From NCBI GenBank assembly GCA_963666285.1, contig OY762711.1: 64,000 nucleotides of DNA. One strand, given 5' to 3'. Below are positions 60,907 through 64,000 of the stretch, piece after piece. The notes below the pieces were generated by a model. That model saw only the letters and a program-made list of their open reading frames with translations. It searched no databases and was not told the DNA's origin. The position numbers were made by a program, and so were the translations under genes. Within the stretch, counting starts at the first letter, position 1; each line of letters opens with the position of its first letter. This stretch comes from Sedimentisphaerales bacterium (GTDB lineage Bacteria; Planctomycetota; Phycisphaerae; Sedimentisphaerales; SM23-30).

Positions 60907-61929
60907 ATGTGTGAATGCCTAAGCTTAAAAATATTTACTATGCTGGCTGACAAAATCGTCTATGGCTGGCTCGACATGGAAGATTCCAGTCACCTTGCAA
61001 CGAGTCTGCATTTTTTCATTGAAGATGTTACCAAGATTTTTTCTCTGCTGGTGATAATTATTTACCTGGTTGGATTAGCTCGAGCTTCACTCAATGTAGA
61101 ACGAGTAAGAGATTACCTGGCAGGAAAACATCGGTTATTTGGTTATTTTGCAGCAGCCTGTTTTGGCGCGATTACACCTTTTTGTTCATGTTCCAGCATC
61201 CCCTTGTTTCTTGGTTTCACCCAGGCAGGAATACCACTTGGCATAACAATGGCATTTCTTATCACTTCACCTATGATCAATGAAGTGGCGGTTGTACTAC
61301 TCGGAGGCCTACTGGGACTTAAATTCACAATTGTATATTCTGCGATCGGAATTGCTGCCGGAGTTTTAGGTGGAATATTTTTTGACGCTATCGGAGCAGA
61401 TAAATATCTGACAGATCTGGCGGCAAGTGCAAAAAACATAAAACAACCCAGCCAGCCAGGCTCAGATTCTCTTTCTCAAAAAACAACATGGAAAGAACGA
61501 CATGAATTTGCCAAAAGCGAATTATTCAGCATAGTAGGTAGAATCTGGAAATGGATTATAATTGGTATAGGTGTTGGCGCAGGTCTGCATGGCTATGTAC
61601 CACAATCGGTAATCGTTGATAACCTGGGCGATGGTCAATGGTGGTCAGTTCCGGCAGCAACAATAATCGGCATACCGCTATACTCAAATGCCAGTGGAAT
61701 AATCCCTGTAGCTGAAAGCCTGCTTGGAAAAGGTTTGCCCATAGGAACAACACTGGCATTTATGATGAGTACTGTTGCGGCAAGTATGCCTGAATTCGTA
61801 ATGCTAAAACAGGTTATGAAGACAAAGCTGCTTGTCTTTTTCTTTATATTCCTGCTTTTTCTGTTCACTCTCACGGGGTGGTTTTTTAATGCATTTTCCA
61901 GTTTTTTTGCAATTCCCGGCATGCAATAA
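60907..61929 (+). CDS. ArsP/DUF318-type permease
   Basis: TPFCSCSSIPLF, FLITSPMINE, GIPLYSN, GTTLAFMM. Confidence 0.9.
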   Translation: MCECLSLKIFTMLADKIVYGWLDMEDSSHLATSLHFFIEDVTKIFSLLVIIIYLVGLARASLNVERVRDYLAGKHRLFGYFAAACFGAITPFCSCSSIPLFLGFTQAGIPLGITMAFLITSPMINEVAVVLLGGLLGLKFTIVYSAIGIAAGVLGGIFFDAIGADKYLTDLAASAKNIKQPSQPGSDSLSQKTTWKERHEFAKSELFSIVGRIWKWIIIGIGVGAGLHGYVPQSVIVDNLGDGQWWSVPAATIIGIPLYSNASGIIPVAESLLGKGLPIGTTLAFMMSTVAASMPEFVMLKQVMKTKLLVFFFIFLLFLFTLTGWFFNAFSSFFAIPGMQ

Positions 61930-62018
61930 GGATATTTGCTTTTGCGTTTTACCTATTGGACTATAAAACAAATAGCATATAACAAATTATAAGTTTATAA
62001 ATAGTAATAGGTTAAAAA

Positions 62019-62747
62019 ATGAAAATAATGCCTTACATTAGAAGGACCATCTCGCTTACAGCCTTATGGTCTTTTATTATTTTAACAATATCGTCTGTAA
62101 TTATTTACGTTCAGCCACATGGCAGATTTACCAGCTGGTCAGGGCAGGAATGGTTCGGCATGGATAGGAACCAGTGGTTTTATATCCATATTAATGTCGG
62201 TTTTTTGATGATTGCGGCCTGTATCATCCATATCTTACTAAATATAAAGCAAATCAATCTCTATTTCAGAAGTAAATTCAGAAAAATTAATTTTGTTTCT
62301 GTAGAACTTGTTCTTTCGTTGCTGATTACTGCTTTCGTTGTATGGGGCACATACGCTGACATAAAACCAATAACTTACATTAACGATTTGAGTTGGAATC
62401 TAAGAAGACAAATCGCTGAGAAATACGGCAGACCACCATACGCAAACGCAGAGAAGTCTTCCCTGGCAATATTCTGTCAACAGCTGGGGTATAACCTAGA
62501 ACAGGCGGTAAAAGCACTGAATGATGAAGGTTTCAAGCAAGTCGATACGGAAAAATCTCTTCTGACAATAGCAAGAGAAAACAACAGCTATCCACAGGAA
62601 ATATACAGGACGATCCACATCAACTCACTGCCAGAATCAACAGCAAGCCCATATAACAATTCCACAAATGGCCTGGAATCTGCAGGACGAGGCCAAGGTG
62701 GTGACGGCAGAGGAATGAGAAGACGAAATCGAGGCAGCCAACAATAA
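62019..62747 (+). CDS. DUF4405-like membrane protein (probable haem-binding His helices)
   Basis: W..IH...G...IIHI.LN pattern, three TM segments, PPY..AE..SL C-terminal domain. Confidence 0.7.
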   Translation: MKIMPYIRRTISLTALWSFIILTISSVIIYVQPHGRFTSWSGQEWFGMDRNQWFYIHINVGFLMIAACIIHILLNIKQINLYFRSKFRKINFVSVELVLSLLITAFVVWGTYADIKPITYINDLSWNLRRQIAEKYGRPPYANAEKSSLAIFCQQLGYNLEQAVKALNDEGFKQVDTEKSLLTIARENNSYPQEIYRTIHINSLPESTASPYNNSTNGLESAGRGQGGDGRGMRRRNRGSQQ

Positions 62748-62762
62748 CAGGCAATATCAAGG

Positions 62763-64000
62763 TCATCCACACTGAAGTGAAATATAGTGTTTACCATTCA
62801 TCTCAAAAGAGCTTAACTGATGCACAACGCACTCTGCATCAAATTCATCAGCAGCAATAAGAGCTTCATCGTAGATAGAATTGAAGTTTGTACCGGCAAT
62901 CAAAATTACCTGTATCGGAATATAAGCCTTAATTTTCAGTATCCGATACCTGGTTGCTATAGCACCGATATTATCAGATAACCATTGAATAACCATCTCA
63001 ACACTACCCGCAACTGAATCGGCATATACCGCGGACAATATCACATGCACTTTGCCTTCTATATCAACCATAACCTTTGCATATGGAAAAACATCTTCAA
63101 ACTGCTGCAGTTCAATAGATACCAATCCTTTGTACTCAGACAAACGGGCCAGGTTTCTTCCGACAAAATCTGCAATCTCAAAATCACTCTCCAGAGGTTT
63201 ATTAACAACAACAGGAGAAACACTGGCAGGGCCAGAATGACAAACCGGTTGTGGGCGAGAAATTACCGCCTTGCGTGAATCACAGGATACTCCGAGTAAA
63301 TCCTCTATACTGGAAATCTGTCCGGCCTTAAAGATTTTCACATCCGGATTACATTCATTTTCATGAGAATCATGATCAGAAACAGCCGGCCTGTAACTAT
63401 TTTGACAATATTCTTTACCAGAACTATCAAAACCTGCTTCGTCTTTAGCGGTTTCAACCTGTTCTTCATCTACTTTTTGCTGCTTCAGCTCGATAATATC
63501 ATCTGTTCGGGCAGTATCATACGTATTGCAGGATGAAAAATTTTGAGGCTGTATAATCAAGTCATCAGGATTATAAAACTCAAGTGCATCAATTTGAGAT
63601 TCAGTATTCTCCTCCGCCTGAATATCCATTTTAACTTCAGACTGGTCTGCATTTACAGCTGTTACTTCACTGTCCGGAGCGATATCCCGCTGTTGGTCGC
63701 ACTCGGCTACAGGCTCAGTATGCTTATCATTATTTTCAGAGACTTCAGAATTATCTTTTGCCGTCGGCAGCTTATCATCCAGCACAACTTCTTCAGGTTC
63801 CTTCAACAAAGAACATCCTGCAGGTATTATTGTCCTATCAACATATTTTTTAGCAGTTTCAGCGAATTTATAATATGCCCGATCAGCATATTGCTCGTTA
63901 ACGGCATCACAAACAAATAAAGAGATTTCCTGATCGCCTTCGATATCAGCAGCAACTGACTTTAACACCTGATATGAACTGACTATACCGTCGTTAGTAC
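62763..64000 (-). CDS. Hypothetical acidic protein (5' part beyond the window)
   Basis: Frame is open from 63968 to the window edge; long acidic low-complexity middle region. Confidence 0.65.
   Translation of the reverse strand, partial: TNDGIVSSYQVLKSVAADIEGDQEISLFVCDAVNEQYADRAYYKFAETAKKYVDRTIIPAGCSLLKEPEEVVLDDKLPTAKDNSEVSENNDKHTEPVAECDQQRDIAPDSEVTAVNADQSEVKMDIQAEENTESQIDALEFYNPDDLIIQPQNFSSCNTYDTARTDDIIELKQQKVDEEQVETAKDEAGFDSSGKEYCQNSYRPAVSDHDSHENECNPDVKIFKAGQISSIEDLLGVSCDSRKAVISRPQPVCHSGPASVSPVVVNKPLESDFEIADFVGRNLARLSEYKGLVSIELQQFEDVFPYAKVMVDIEGKVHVILSAVYADSVAGSVEMVIQWLSDNIGAIATRYRILKIKAYIPIQVILIAGTNFNSIYDEALIAADEFDAECVVHQLSSFEMNGKHYISLQCG

Overview
Bacterial chromosomal window, probably from a planctomycete of the Phycisphaerae/Sedimentisphaerales type. 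This is inferred from the GLUG plus dockerin-like surface protein, the T2SS architecture and several family types; it was not tested. From left to right: (1) a minus-strand type II secretion operon (gspE-F-G-H-I-J-K-L-M-C-D, with gspD cut by the window edge), whose intergenic gaps carry a directional repeat family. (2) An ECF sigma / anti-sigma / Spy-CpxP-like module. (3) An accessory stretch at about 14.3-23.5 kb with a membrane protein, a four-helix-bundle-suffix gene remnant, a TPR-MBL protein with 14 near-identical 102-bp repeats, a group II intron (YADN RT, GAGCG 5' end) and an IS1111-type IS110 element. The candidate bridge/seek-RNA guides of that element can be read directly against its own target and end sequences. 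(4) cysK, a HEAT-repeat protein, ogt, a large GLUG/PASTA surface protein, HU/IHF, IS200, a cold-shock protein, lpxB, marC and sppA. (5) A 13.7-kb minus-strand cluster with three SPFH (HflK/HflC-like) genes, an atypical P1B ATPase, an ABC ATPase and permease, a large membrane-anchored protein, a GNAT and a class B PBP. (6) rsmG, a small membrane protein missed by the ORF track, maf, cheV, DUF1080, obgE, arsR-permease-DUF4405 and a partial gene. No rRNA, tRNA or CRISPR array was seen. All family calls come from motif recognition by eye, with no database searches.
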